From Vibrio phage BX-1, in the sequence record OK428602.1: a stretch of DNA of 40,000 nt; one strand, given 5' to 3'. Within the stretch, counting starts at the first letter, position 1. Each line of letters starts with the position of its first letter. Of the stretch, positions 26,259 through 35,037 are shown piece by piece. A model generated the notes under the pieces. The model did not search any database, was not told where the DNA came from, and saw nothing but the letters and a program-made list of their open reading frames with translations. Both the position numbers and the translations under genes were made by a program.

Positions 26259-26648
26259 ATGTCTAAGTTAAATTGTGAATGTTGTACAACCCAAATGAAG
26301 TCAGACTTCTCCAATAACGTTTGGTGTCCAAATGAAGATTGTCTATTACATGACAAGTGTTATTCGTTTGACTTCTACTATGGCCGTGCAGTAGCGATCG
26401 CCAATGGTGATAAACCTCAACAGAAAGAGCGCATGGCACAAGGTTGGGCGAATTCTCCAACAAGCAATGGCCTTCACTTGGAACCCCAAGATTATATTCG
26501 CCCAGAATTAATGGTCAATAAGATTGTAACTTTTGTTGCACCTGATGGCAATTTCCAACGTGGCGTGATCACCGATATCAAAGACCAACATGTGGTTGTG
26601 GATGGCTGGCGAATGATGCCAAAACATCATGTTGAGGTGGTATCATGA
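26259..26648 (+). CDS. Putative zinc-ribbon protein
   Basis: N-terminal LNCECCTTQM...VWCPNEDCLLHDKC cysteine cluster. Confidence 0.75.
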   Translation: MSKLNCECCTTQMKSDFSNNVWCPNEDCLLHDKCYSFDFYYGRAVAIANGDKPQQKERMAQGWANSPTSNGLHLEPQDYIRPELMVNKIVTFVAPDGNFQRGVITDIKDQHVVVDGWRMMPKHHVEVVS

Positions 26649-27193
26649 AAAGAAGAATGTCTTATTCGTTCTCGCCTGCATATTGGGATGCCGACACCCC
26701 AACGGGTAATTACCGCATGGAAGTGACCATTGAAGAACAAGATTGCTTTGGCGATTGGCGTGTGATCCATGATGATATGCTGAAGTCATTGCCTATCTGT
26801 TCTCTTGGCCATAAGGTTCGTAACTTCGCAAAGCATGCCAAGTGTGAGATTGATGAAGCTGAACTTTTGAAGAAATGGGACCAGTGTATCCGTCACTATA
26901 ACCAGCATTGCGACCTGTTCAAGAATGCCTTCGTGACCGAGTCCAAGAAGTATCTCCATACGTACTTCTCAGCGGGCGTCAGAGGTCGTGATTACCTGAA
27001 GTTATATGATGGCACTACTCCACCAAAAGGGATGCTCCTGGATGAGTCTGACAAAGCATGGCGACTAGATTTGCCCGTCATTGGTCCAACCTGGATTGCC
27101 AAATCATGTGTGTACACTATCATGGTTGAAGGCCAACCCATTTCATGTTTGAAGAAGTTCGTTGCCAACCAATGGAACTTCAAAAGTTTATAG
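26645..27193 (+). CDS. Hypothetical protein
   Basis: 182 aa ORF, ATGA overlap. Confidence 0.82.
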   Translation: MKRRMSYSFSPAYWDADTPTGNYRMEVTIEEQDCFGDWRVIHDDMLKSLPICSLGHKVRNFAKHAKCEIDEAELLKKWDQCIRHYNQHCDLFKNAFVTESKKYLHTYFSAGVRGRDYLKLYDGTTPPKGMLLDESDKAWRLDLPVIGPTWIAKSCVYTIMVEGQPISCLKKFVANQWNFKSL

Positions 27194-27202
27194 GAGCTGA
27201 TA

Positions 27203-27625
27203 ATGGCTAGCAAGATCAAAGTGTGTGCCAAATACGCACACAATGATGAAGATATTGATTGGGATACAGAGCGTTCGTTCCTGGATGTTCTCCAATCGCT
27301 ACCTAATGGCCTTCGTCCATATAACTTCCGTCTATGGGATTATGTGGAAGAAGAATGGATTACTGTTGTGACCTATGACTCACACAAGAGCACAGTCACT
27401 GTTAAGGATGATCATGGCCATTCCTGGTCTGAAGATTGGATGTCCAACTATTGGCTACACTGTGACTTTATGCTGAGTCCAAGTCCAGGCCATTACCAAG
27501 CAGTATTACCGTTGTCGGAAAGAACATCTGTATTAATGGACGTTGCCAAAACATGTGGCATTCCCGCAACCCGTTTATTAACCAACCCGCATATGGATCG
27601 CATGGTCCTTAAGGATAAAGCATGA
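27203..27625 (+). CDS. Hypothetical protein
   Basis: 140 aa ORF. Confidence 0.82.
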   Translation: MASKIKVCAKYAHNDEDIDWDTERSFLDVLQSLPNGLRPYNFRLWDYVEEEWITVVTYDSHKSTVTVKDDHGHSWSEDWMSNYWLHCDFMLSPSPGHYQAVLPLSERTSVLMDVAKTCGIPATRLLTNPHMDRMVLKDKA

Positions 27626-27909
27626 GTTTGAAACTTTTAGTGTTAAACCAAGAAGTCAAAGTCAGCACGTTTGGTGTCGATGAAGTCAAATGTTACTTCG
27701 ATGAAGACAAGGACTGGTGGTTTGCCGTAGATAAGAACGGCGAAGTCTGGGCGTTTGATGAGAAGCCTCAGATTTATGGCAACGACCATTGGGACACAAT
27801 CAATAGTGATTCGTGCCCGCTTGGCGTTGTCCAGGATTCCACTGGTTGGGAGAACAGCCTAGCCAAGCTTGAGAAAGCACCATTCTTGGAACAGGGGCTA
27901 ATGTCATGA
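27622..27909 (+). CDS. Hypothetical protein
   Basis: 95 aa ORF, ATGA overlap. Confidence 0.8.
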   Translation: MSLKLLVLNQEVKVSTFGVDEVKCYFDEDKDWWFAVDKNGEVWAFDEKPQIYGNDHWDTINSDSCPLGVVQDSTGWENSLAKLEKAPFLEQGLMS

Positions 27910-28088
27910 AAGCGTTCATCCTATACCTAGTGTTCATCACTGCTGGCGGTGAAGCAGATACCGTCCAAGTGCCAGGTTATTACGATAGTCTGAGCCATTG
28001 TGAACAAGCGTTGGAAAGTGCCAGCGACAATAAACAAGGCAAGATCACAATCCGTGGCACTTGTGTTCCAGTTAACAAGAAGCGATAA
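27906..28088 (+). CDS. Small protein with hydrophobic N-terminus (possible signal peptide)
   Basis: MKAFILYLVFITAGGEADTVQV. Confidence 0.75.
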   Translation: MKAFILYLVFITAGGEADTVQVPGYYDSLSHCEQALESASDNKQGKITIRGTCVPVNKKR

Positions 28089-28100
28089 GGAGAACTTCAA

Positions 28101-28556
28101 ATGTTATCAACAGCAGCATTCATCATGATGATGGTCATCATCTGGACACCGGTTTACGTCGTAATCCACCTGAACATTGGCATGCTCTCAAAAATCTGGA
28201 TGGTACAGATTGGCATGAAAGACCATATTGCCAAGAAACACGCTCGCAAGTTCAATGATATCGTTATCAATCAACTTGGCGGTCGCAATTCTGATGGCGA
28301 AAGCTTTGTGTCGTTCTTAACCTATATTGCGGGCGTGTGTGTAATTATCCTGAATACGTGTTTCTGGTCGGGCATGACAGATGAACCATTCTACTGGCCA
28401 AGTGTCTTGTTCACGAAAGCGACATTATCATTGCCTGGCAGTGAGCAAATCCTGTTCCTTGTATTGCTATACGTCGTGAGTGTCATCATTGGCAAGAAGG
28501 TATATCCGCAGATTACCCGAATCAATGAAAAACTTCAAAAGTTGGAGAAGTTGTAA
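28101..28556 (+). CDS. Predicted membrane protein
   Basis: Several hydrophobic segments (FIMMMVIIWTPVYVVI, FLTYIAGVCVIILNT, ILFLVLLYVVSVIIG). Confidence 0.82.
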   Translation: MLSTAAFIMMMVIIWTPVYVVIHLNIGMLSKIWMVQIGMKDHIAKKHARKFNDIVINQLGGRNSDGESFVSFLTYIAGVCVIILNTCFWSGMTDEPFYWPSVLFTKATLSLPGSEQILFLVLLYVVSVIIGKKVYPQITRINEKLQKLEKL

Positions 28557-28949
28557 ATGGGCCGCCAAACGATGAAACAAAAGGTTCGTGCCAGGGTCTA
28601 TGCGACACTCAAGCATCGTAATCCGTTCATCAGAGTCACCAAGGACGGTGCAGAGTTCATCAGCACTTGGGCATGTCGTATGAACGTGTCCAGGATTGTT
28701 GATAAGCTCCTGGCGGATCCTTTGAACTATGAAGTGGTCAAGTATTACATCACCCGTCATGGCCCAGATAAGGTCACTGTGCACCTGGAACAAGGCGATC
28801 ATGATATCATCCGACACTTGAACAAATCAGGTCGTGTGGTGATTGGCTATGAATACGATGGCCAGACGTTCACTCACCAGCGAGATGCGGTATTCCATAT
28901 CCTAATCCAATATGGTGTTTATACCAAAACTTCAAAAGTTCATGTTTGA
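28557..28949 (+). CDS. Hypothetical protein
   Basis: 130 aa ORF. Confidence 0.8.
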   Translation: MGRQTMKQKVRARVYATLKHRNPFIRVTKDGAEFISTWACRMNVSRIVDKLLADPLNYEVVKYYITRHGPDKVTVHLEQGDHDIIRHLNKSGRVVIGYEYDGQTFTHQRDAVFHILIQYGVYTKTSKVHV

Positions 28950-28954
28950 TAAAA

Positions 28955-28990
28955 TAATGCTCAGGCGCTTGTATAAGTTCCTGGGCTTTT
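28955..28990 (+). terminator. Probable intrinsic terminator
   Basis: GCTCAGG...CCTGGGC followed by TTTTTAAT. Confidence 0.65.
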
Positions 28991-29010
28991 TAATATCATG
29001 GAGAATCATC

Positions 29011-29289
29011 ATGTTCCAAACAGTTATCCGTCATGAGACAATGCCTGGCTTTACTCTATCCCAGGAAACGCTCAAAGAAATCCATAACCGCATCCGTTCG
29101 GCTTTGGAAATCCGTCCGCACTACATGCGTGACTATACCCTTTCTATTGATAGTGCTAACGGCATTATCGAAATCGTTCTCCCCTACTTCCATCGCGATA
29201 GTACATTCAGTCCTGCGATTGTCCGACTACCCCAGGGTTTTACGACATTCAGAAAAACATATAGGACTTCTTACAAAAGCGCGATCTAG
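29011..29289 (+). CDS. Hypothetical protein
   Basis: ATG 29011 in frame with track ORF 28912..29289, preceded by ATCATGGAGAATCATC. Confidence 0.75.
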   Translation: MFQTVIRHETMPGFTLSQETLKEIHNRIRSALEIRPHYMRDYTLSIDSANGIIEIVLPYFHRDSTFSPAIVRLPQGFTTFRKTYRTSYKSAI

Positions 29290-29358
29290 ATCACGTTATT
29301 TGTTCATAGAACCTGGCACTATTACCTCATCAACTTAAACAACTCTTTGGAGTACATT
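29281..29358 (+). promoter_or_regulatory. Diverged terminator-leader module (copy G)
   Basis: GCGATCTAGATCACGTTATTTG...GCACTATTACCTCATCAACTTAAACAACTCTTTGGAG. Confidence 0.5.
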
Positions 29359-29463
29359 ATGGAAATGCATTGGCAACTTCTTACCCTAGCCTTCTTCATT
29401 GGCTTCTTCCCTGTGGCTGCGATTATTGGTCACGTGTTCAACCTTGATGAAAAGTGGGGTTAA
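29359..29463 (+). CDS. Small single-pass membrane peptide (34 aa)
   Basis: MEMHWQLLTLAFFIGFFPVAAIIGHVFNLDEKWG; GGAG upstream; not in the ORF track. Confidence 0.6.
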   Translation: MEMHWQLLTLAFFIGFFPVAAIIGHVFNLDEKWG

Positions 29464-29467
29464 GACC

Positions 29468-29800
29468 ATGGTTAAATCTCTTTTGAACATTGACAATACT
29501 GTTGTCGATATCACTTCTTCACTTACTTTTGTTTCTGCTCTTGACAAAGAGACTGGTAAGCTAATGTACCGTGGCAATGGCTTGGTGGTTTTCCGTAATC
29601 TCCATGTCGATGGCAATGCGTTAATCTTCCTAAACTACTCAGGTCAGCAACGTATCTTTGGTGAATGGGTTAACATCTACTACATTCCTGATAATTGGAA
29701 ATCTTGGGATTATGCCAAATACAACATGGTTGCTGACGACGATGCTGAATTGTTCATTGGTGGTGTGGATAAACAACTTCGCGACCTATCGGTGATCTAA
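29468..29800 (+). CDS. Hypothetical protein
   Basis: ATG 29468 in frame with track ORF 29399..29800. Confidence 0.8.
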   Translation: MVKSLLNIDNTVVDITSSLTFVSALDKETGKLMYRGNGLVVFRNLHVDGNALIFLNYSGQQRIFGEWVNIYYIPDNWKSWDYAKYNMVADDDAELFIGGVDKQLRDLSVI

Positions 29801-30076
29801 ATGGAATACTTTGTTACCAATCTTCAAATTGCTGCGATTCTTCGCAGCTTAACCCTCAAAGGTCATGATGTCAGTAATGAAGCTGGCCTTATGGAAGAAC
29901 TCTTTGAGAACCATTGTGGTCACCTCCAAGATAGCGTGGATCCACTCATTGTATGGGTGAGTGCCAACAACCTTGATTGGATTATGCGTTGCAAACAATC
30001 TGAAGCAGTACCATTCCTTGGCGATATTGCATTGGCTTTGGATGACTGTGCTGAACCTTTTAACGTAGGGATGTGA
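29801..30076 (+). CDS. Hypothetical protein
   Basis: 91 aa ORF. Confidence 0.8.
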   Translation: MEYFVTNLQIAAILRSLTLKGHDVSNEAGLMEELFENHCGHLQDSVDPLIVWVSANNLDWIMRCKQSEAVPFLGDIALALDDCAEPFNVGM

Positions 30077-30339
30077 ACATGCTATATGCGGATAAGACTT
30101 GCGGGTTTAATATCAAATATGATTGTGCCAACAATACCCAGGATGGCGAAGTGGATTTGACCTTCAAAGGTTTTGTTGAAGCCTATCCGCGTTATATCCC
30201 AAGAAAGTACCTTGGCAATCTCATAGAAATCAACCGAGACTACTATCCATTAGAGAAGTGTCTCAATATCCTATTACACAAAATCCGTATCAAATGGATG
30301 GCGTTCACTAGAAGGAGAACAAGCAATGCTAGTACATAA
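30073..30339 (+). CDS. Hypothetical protein
   Basis: 88 aa ORF. Confidence 0.78.
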   Translation: MNMLYADKTCGFNIKYDCANNTQDGEVDLTFKGFVEAYPRYIPRKYLGNLIEINRDYYPLEKCLNILLHKIRIKWMAFTRRRTSNAST

Positions 30340-30802
30340 ACACCCAATGGTTGAGGTCAAGATTTACGGCATTCCGTTCATGATCTCAATTCCAAAACTT
30401 CAAAAGTTCTTGGATAGCTGCCGCAATATCAAGAATGACACCATCTACTTTGCGATTGGTTCTCGTGGTGGCATCATCGCTTTTGAAGAAAACCCTAAGG
30501 TTGATGGGAACTTTTGGCAATCACCAGAGAACTATTGGACTCTGGACTTACCCGACTTTGATATTGAGTTTGAGGATCCTAACGAGTGGCGTTTAACGGT
30601 GACTCCATTCCACCTGGCGAACCTATGGGATATCACCAAGCGTAAGCGTATCCTATTCACTTCCGGCAAATACCAAGACCAGACGGGTTATGTGGACCAT
30701 GTGTGTACTGATGGCCAATATCCTACTGCCACTGTTGTATTGGATGGCACAGGCGCACGTGTCTTCGCTGACTTGAGTTCGTTCATTACCGAACCTGTAT
30801 AA
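30326..30802 (+). CDS. Hypothetical protein
   Basis: 158 aa ORF. Confidence 0.8.
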   Translation: MLVHKHPMVEVKIYGIPFMISIPKLQKFLDSCRNIKNDTIYFAIGSRGGIIAFEENPKVDGNFWQSPENYWTLDLPDFDIEFEDPNEWRLTVTPFHLANLWDITKRKRILFTSGKYQDQTGYVDHVCTDGQYPTATVVLDGTGARVFADLSSFITEPV

Positions 30803-30810
30803 AAACTTCA

Positions 30811-30853
30811 AAAGTTCCTGGCACTTTATCATTGTCGGGAACTTCAAAACATC
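30811..30853 (+). terminator. Long hairpin without a clear T tract (terminator-like)
   Basis: AAGTTCCTGGCA...TGTCGGGAACTT stem with two G-U pairs, starting inside a CTTCAAAAGTT copy. Confidence 0.45.
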
Positions 30854-30873
30854 AAATATCATGGAGAATCATC

Positions 30874-31335
30874 ATGTCTAATGTAGACCTATTCGGCCTT
30901 GAAGCTTGCCGTGAACAAGAAGCTGCTATCCGTGCGGAAGAAGCACAGAACACCCCTATCACGCTGACTCGTGAGCAGTATAACATCTTCACTGGTAATT
31001 GTCATTCTGTCGATCGATGCACTGCAATGATCCGTGGCATGGTTGCTGATCACAATATCCCATTGGACCTAACCATTATGGAAGATGCAGAATTCATTGA
31101 AAGAAATGAAATGGACCTGTTCATGGTTGGCGATCGCAATTGGGACGATTACCAAGAGCGTGATGCAAATTCTACTGACTGGGTTGTGGGCTTTACACCA
31201 TTCGAAATCATTGTTGAATCCATTAACGATGCGATCCATACATTGGTTATCCTTCGTAATCTCATGGCACAAGATATCCAACCTTGGAACTTATCTCGTA
31301 ACCGCCTAGACACTGAATACTTCATCGAGGACTAA
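30874..31335 (+). CDS. Hypothetical acidic protein
   Basis: ATG 30874 preceded by ATCATGGAGAATCATC; in frame with track ORF 30832..31335. Confidence 0.8.
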   Translation: MSNVDLFGLEACREQEAAIRAEEAQNTPITLTREQYNIFTGNCHSVDRCTAMIRGMVADHNIPLDLTIMEDAEFIERNEMDLFMVGDRNWDDYQERDANSTDWVVGFTPFEIIVESINDAIHTLVILRNLMAQDIQPWNLSRNRLDTEYFIED

Positions 31336-31339
31336 TCGG

Positions 31340-31810
31340 ATGAAACTGAAACCACTGAATCGTTCATATGCGGTCAAGATGTTGAAACTTCAAATGCGTG
31401 GCACAACTCCAGACCAGTTCACCCCTCGTGATATTGTGTCTATCCGTGAAGCCTTGGACCGTGAGCGTGTTGTTGGTGTGTTCAGTGGGCGTACGCTCAT
31501 TGCTTACTCTATCTTTGCTCGTGCCAGTGTAGAAGACTGCAACCAGTCGGAAGCAGGATGGAACACATGGAAGTTCGCAGGCACAGTCGTTCATCCATCA
31601 CATCGTGGTCAGGGCATCCAGAAGAAGGCATTGGAATCTCATATCGCATTCGCCATCGCATCTGGCATTGATACAGTAATGGCATATGTCCACTGCGAGA
31701 ACAAGGCTAGCATCAAATCAATTGAACATTCCGGTCTGAAATTCTTCAAAGATGCGTTCATTGAAGATAAGCAGGACTTCCGACAAGTCTATAAATTGGA
31801 GTTGAACTAA
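31340..31810 (+). CDS. GNAT-family N-acetyltransferase
   Basis: AGTVVHPSHRGQGIQKKALESHIAFAIASGIDTVMAYVHCENKASIKSIEHSGLKFF is a typical acetyl-CoA-binding motif A/B. Confidence 0.87.
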   Translation: MKLKPLNRSYAVKMLKLQMRGTTPDQFTPRDIVSIREALDRERVVGVFSGRTLIAYSIFARASVEDCNQSEAGWNTWKFAGTVVHPSHRGQGIQKKALESHIAFAIASGIDTVMAYVHCENKASIKSIEHSGLKFFKDAFIEDKQDFRQVYKLELN

Positions 31811-32163
31811 TGATTCCTATTCCTGATAATTCAGATGTGCTCATCATTTGCGATGCCAAGAACAACCCGGCATTATGGGATGAACTCGATCGCCTTGAAG
31901 ATAATGCGGACGAGAACAAGTCTTACCTGGTGCCTGGCACAACCAATGTGATGATCACTGATATCGTACTTGAAAATAAGTGTCGAATCCGCAGTGTCTA
32001 TGTTGAGCGCCCAACCGGTCTATCCCTGGAACGTCTTCAAGACTATCTATCAACTCAGGCCCGCCAGGTCTATACACATTGTCACCTGGATATGTCGTTA
32101 CCCTATCGTGAATCATTCCATCATCACTTAGCCAGAGGAGATGCCAAGATATGGCGGTTCTAA
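31810..32163 (+). CDS. Hypothetical protein
   Basis: 117 aa ORF. Confidence 0.78.
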   Translation: MIPIPDNSDVLIICDAKNNPALWDELDRLEDNADENKSYLVPGTTNVMITDIVLENKCRIRSVYVERPTGLSLERLQDYLSTQARQVYTHCHLDMSLPYRESFHHHLARGDAKIWRF

Positions 32164-32435
32164 AGCTTAAACTAACACAACCCATGATCAGCGTTATACA
32201 GCGTTGTTGCATTAAGGGTGAGCCATTACGCTCTTATGTGAACAAACGTGGTCGTGTGTGCTTTGAGGGCATCCAGGATGTGGGTTCTACACTGTTCCTG
32301 ACGATCAGCGGTCGTGCAATGCTGGATTATGGCAACGTCCTGGAAGTGGATATCGTAAAGGATGGCATCACCTATTACAACTTTACCCAAGAAGCAATGG
32401 ATATCTGCGGAGTTAAAAACTTCAAAAGTTTATAA
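32151..32435 (+). CDS. Hypothetical protein
   Basis: 94 aa ORF. Confidence 0.78.
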   Translation: MAVLKLKLTQPMISVIQRCCIKGEPLRSYVNKRGRVCFEGIQDVGSTLFLTISGRAMLDYGNVLEVDIVKDGITYYNFTQEAMDICGVKNFKSL

Positions 32436-32492
32436 CCCGATATCATTTCCTTGAACTTTTCAAAATCTCAAAACATCATTTGGAGAAACATC

Positions 32493-32951
32493 ATGAACAT
32501 CAAAAAACTTTACTTCAACGGCGAGTGCAAACTAACGGCTGAACTGGTCCGCATCCTAAGCAATAACGTTAACATCCGCAAGCAGGCACTAACCGTTCAC
32601 GGCATTGTCATCGAGAACAACAATGTGATCGTATCTGGTCGTCATGACAATGGCACACACTTCAATGACGTATTCGATTGTCTTGATGAATACCACGTAG
32701 ACCGCATTATCGATAGCAATAGTATCCATGACCTGATGGTACTGGTCAATAAAGAAGTCCGTACGGCTCCTGTGTCTGGCGCTGCGTTATGTGAGTTGCG
32801 TGATGCGTTAATGGCCGGCATGGAATACATTGCCGAAGAAGAAACCAATGGCGATGGCCATACCCCTCGTGTGCCTGGCGAGTGCCCTGAATACATTCGT
32901 CTATCATCTGCATTGGCAACTGTTCAAAAGCTCATGGATAATTTGGCGTAG
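32493..32951 (+). CDS. Hypothetical protein
   Basis: ATG 32493 with upstream TGGAGAAACATC; in frame with track ORF 32451..32951. Confidence 0.8.
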   Translation: MNIKKLYFNGECKLTAELVRILSNNVNIRKQALTVHGIVIENNNVIVSGRHDNGTHFNDVFDCLDEYHVDRIIDSNSIHDLMVLVNKEVRTAPVSGAALCELRDALMAGMEYIAEEETNGDGHTPRVPGECPEYIRLSSALATVQKLMDNLA

Positions 32952-32961
32952 GACATAGGTC

Positions 32962-33105
32962 ATGAAGAAACTTTTGAAGAAATTCAGTGAAGGCCTGATC
33001 TGGTGTGTGGAGAATCTATTCATCATTGCACTGATCATCTTCATCATCTATTGTATGGGTAAGGTAGGGCATTATGCGCGGTACGTGGTTCCGTTCCAAG
33101 GCTAA
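32962..33105 (+). CDS. Small membrane protein (47 aa)
   Basis: MKKLLKKFSEGLIWCVENLFIIALIIFIIYCMGKVGHYARYVVPFQG; not in the ORF track. Confidence 0.65.
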   Translation: MKKLLKKFSEGLIWCVENLFIIALIIFIIYCMGKVGHYARYVVPFQG

Positions 33106-33307
33106 GGAAGCTGTTGATTATTGGCTAGGACTCCTGGAGGCTATCGTTTATATAGCTGGATACTTCCACGGGTTCATGTCTGCTGGCCTGGCTGGCGAGT
33201 TGACAGGCGATCACAAGAAGCTTTATGATAGTATCCTGGATGTTATTGCAGGTTTCATAGTGATTACTCTTGTTGGCGTGCTGTTCTGGCTCCTGTATAG
33301 CTCCTGA
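33074..33307 (+). CDS. Predicted membrane protein
   Basis: 77 aa; C-terminal ILDVIAGFIVITLVGVLFWLLY. Confidence 0.75.
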   Translation: MRGTWFRSKAKEAVDYWLGLLEAIVYIAGYFHGFMSAGLAGELTGDHKKLYDSILDVIAGFIVITLVGVLFWLLYSS

Positions 33308-33704
33308 TTGAACGATTGCCTGGCGTGTAGTATGATTTGCTATGTGACAGGCTTTTATTTGATGACGGACTATATAGGCGCAATTTTGGTTCCTTATTTA
33401 AGACGAAACTTCAAAAGTCTTTTGAAGAATGTAAACTCTTTCCCGGTGCCAAGGTTGTGACTGCGAATTTGAAATTTTGTCGGCTGGCGCTCCCTGGCGG
33501 TTACTTTCCTGGCATTTCTTATCATTTCTTATCATTTGGCATATCCTTTCCTGACATTTGTAACACCTTTCTTATCATTTCTCAATATTTCCCCTGGGCA
33601 ATAGACTCCTATATAGCTCTCAAACACTCAAATCCTGGTTTTGAATTCCACGGATTAGGCTAAATATTTTCATAATAATAGTTTAACTGATTAGGAATCG
33701 CACA

Positions 33705-34031
33705 ATGGCCAAGACTAAATCTAAAATCAGACTCATCCTCCTTAACAAATACCTACGCTCTCGTACTGACCTACCATTACCTCCTGGTGTTGATGCATAT
33801 CAGGGTAAAGGCTATCTAAAATCTCATTGGCATGACTTGGACCCTGATGAACTCATCTTCTGTTTAGGTGATGCATTACCGAGCGAGAAGCATAAATGGT
33901 TGGCGCATATCAATACCGCATTACTGCCTGCTGGTTATGTTGCAGAAATAGTATCGCATACACAGACAGCAACCTATAAGGGATTCGGGTATAAGACGTG
34001 GATACGATGTAAGATGCATGATGCTCGATAG
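33705..34031 (+). CDS. Hypothetical protein
   Basis: 108 aa ORF. Confidence 0.8.
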   Translation: MAKTKSKIRLILLNKYLRSRTDLPLPPGVDAYQGKGYLKSHWHDLDPDELIFCLGDALPSEKHKWLAHINTALLPAGYVAEIVSHTQTATYKGFGYKTWIRCKMHDAR

Positions 34032-34054
34032 TCTGTTCTTCAAAAGTTCATAAT

Positions 34055-34094
34055 AAAGTGGTATGGCATAATGGTTGCTGTACCACTTTTCTTT
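34055..34094 (+). terminator. Probable intrinsic terminator
   Basis: AAAGTGGTA...TACCACTTTTCTTTT. Confidence 0.72.
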
Positions 34095-34122
34095 TACTAT
34101 ATGAACAATAGGACTAAAGGCT

Positions 34123-34812
34123 ATGACTAAACACTATGATGCGTTCTTGGATCAGCTGAGAACATTTGAAGAAGAAACAAAGGAGCTAACTTATGTATTG
34201 GCGTTGGAAGAAGGTCCTGAACTCCGTACTGTATCCGTTCGTAAATGTAATGTTGAACACTGCATTGCTAAGCATATGGATACTGCTGGGCTTATCTTTA
34301 CTGGCGGGTACACTAATGCTTATTATGAGCATGGTAACTTGCCTATCTATACACTGGGTGATCAAGAAAGCAATCCGCATGTTCTGCGTTTGTTGGAACA
34401 GACTACGGGTGTGGATTTATTAAGAGTCAAGGATGGCGATATCATTACTGTGCGTGCTGAACACTTGGCATTGCCTAAACGTGCTTTGGGTGAGATGATG
34501 GAAGTATTGGTCCATAACATTGCTAAGGGTACTGGCGTTCGTCGCTTTACGCTTATCATTGTGACGGGTACTGCGGTTGTGTCTCATGCTTATGAGGCCG
34601 AGTCTGAGACTGTGTCCGACAAAGAAGATGATATCAATGCGCAATATGCTGTGCTCCTATCAGCCGGCTATCAGGATGTGTCTCACCATAGTGATAGTGT
34701 GTGGCGTGTGGCGTCTAATGAGCGTCGTGTACGCGGCAATGATGATGCTGAATTTAATTATGTTGGCATGATTGGTGGTCAAGACCTGATCCATGTTGAG
34801 ATGAAGAAATAA
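34123..34812 (+). CDS. Hypothetical protein
   Basis: 229 aa ORF. Confidence 0.85.
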   Translation: MTKHYDAFLDQLRTFEEETKELTYVLALEEGPELRTVSVRKCNVEHCIAKHMDTAGLIFTGGYTNAYYEHGNLPIYTLGDQESNPHVLRLLEQTTGVDLLRVKDGDIITVRAEHLALPKRALGEMMEVLVHNIAKGTGVRRFTLIIVTGTAVVSHAYEAESETVSDKEDDINAQYAVLLSAGYQDVSHHSDSVWRVASNERRVRGNDDAEFNYVGMIGGQDLIHVEMKK

Positions 34813-34815
34813 CTG

Positions 34816-35037
34816 ATGGCGATGGTTGTTGTCTCTTATTCAGACCTGGAAGCGGATGATGAGTTCATTGTCCGTGTCCTGTCCCATGGTTCGTTTATGT
34901 ACTGGACGCTATCCGGATCGACTGTTGACCTTGACAAGGCAGCCGTCTATACGCTGGATTCGATGTGTGATCTTCATAAGTCCGTACTGCGTGATAATGG
35001 TTGCTTACAGTTTATTCTAATTAGGAAGGAAATGTGA
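34816..35037 (+). CDS. Hypothetical protein
   Basis: 73 aa ORF. Confidence 0.72.
   Translation: MAMVVVSYSDLEADDEFIVRVLSHGSFMYWTLSGSTVDLDKAAVYTLDSMCDLHKSVLRDNGCLQFILIRKEM

Noticed and set aside
33337-33663. 108 aa ORF in the gene-poor stretch
   Set aside because: It starts at TTG without a clear SD, has unusual composition (poly-Phe/Ser/Tyr from the pyrimidine repeats) and no domain; a competing ATG ORF at 33332 is only 42 aa. Not called as a CDS.
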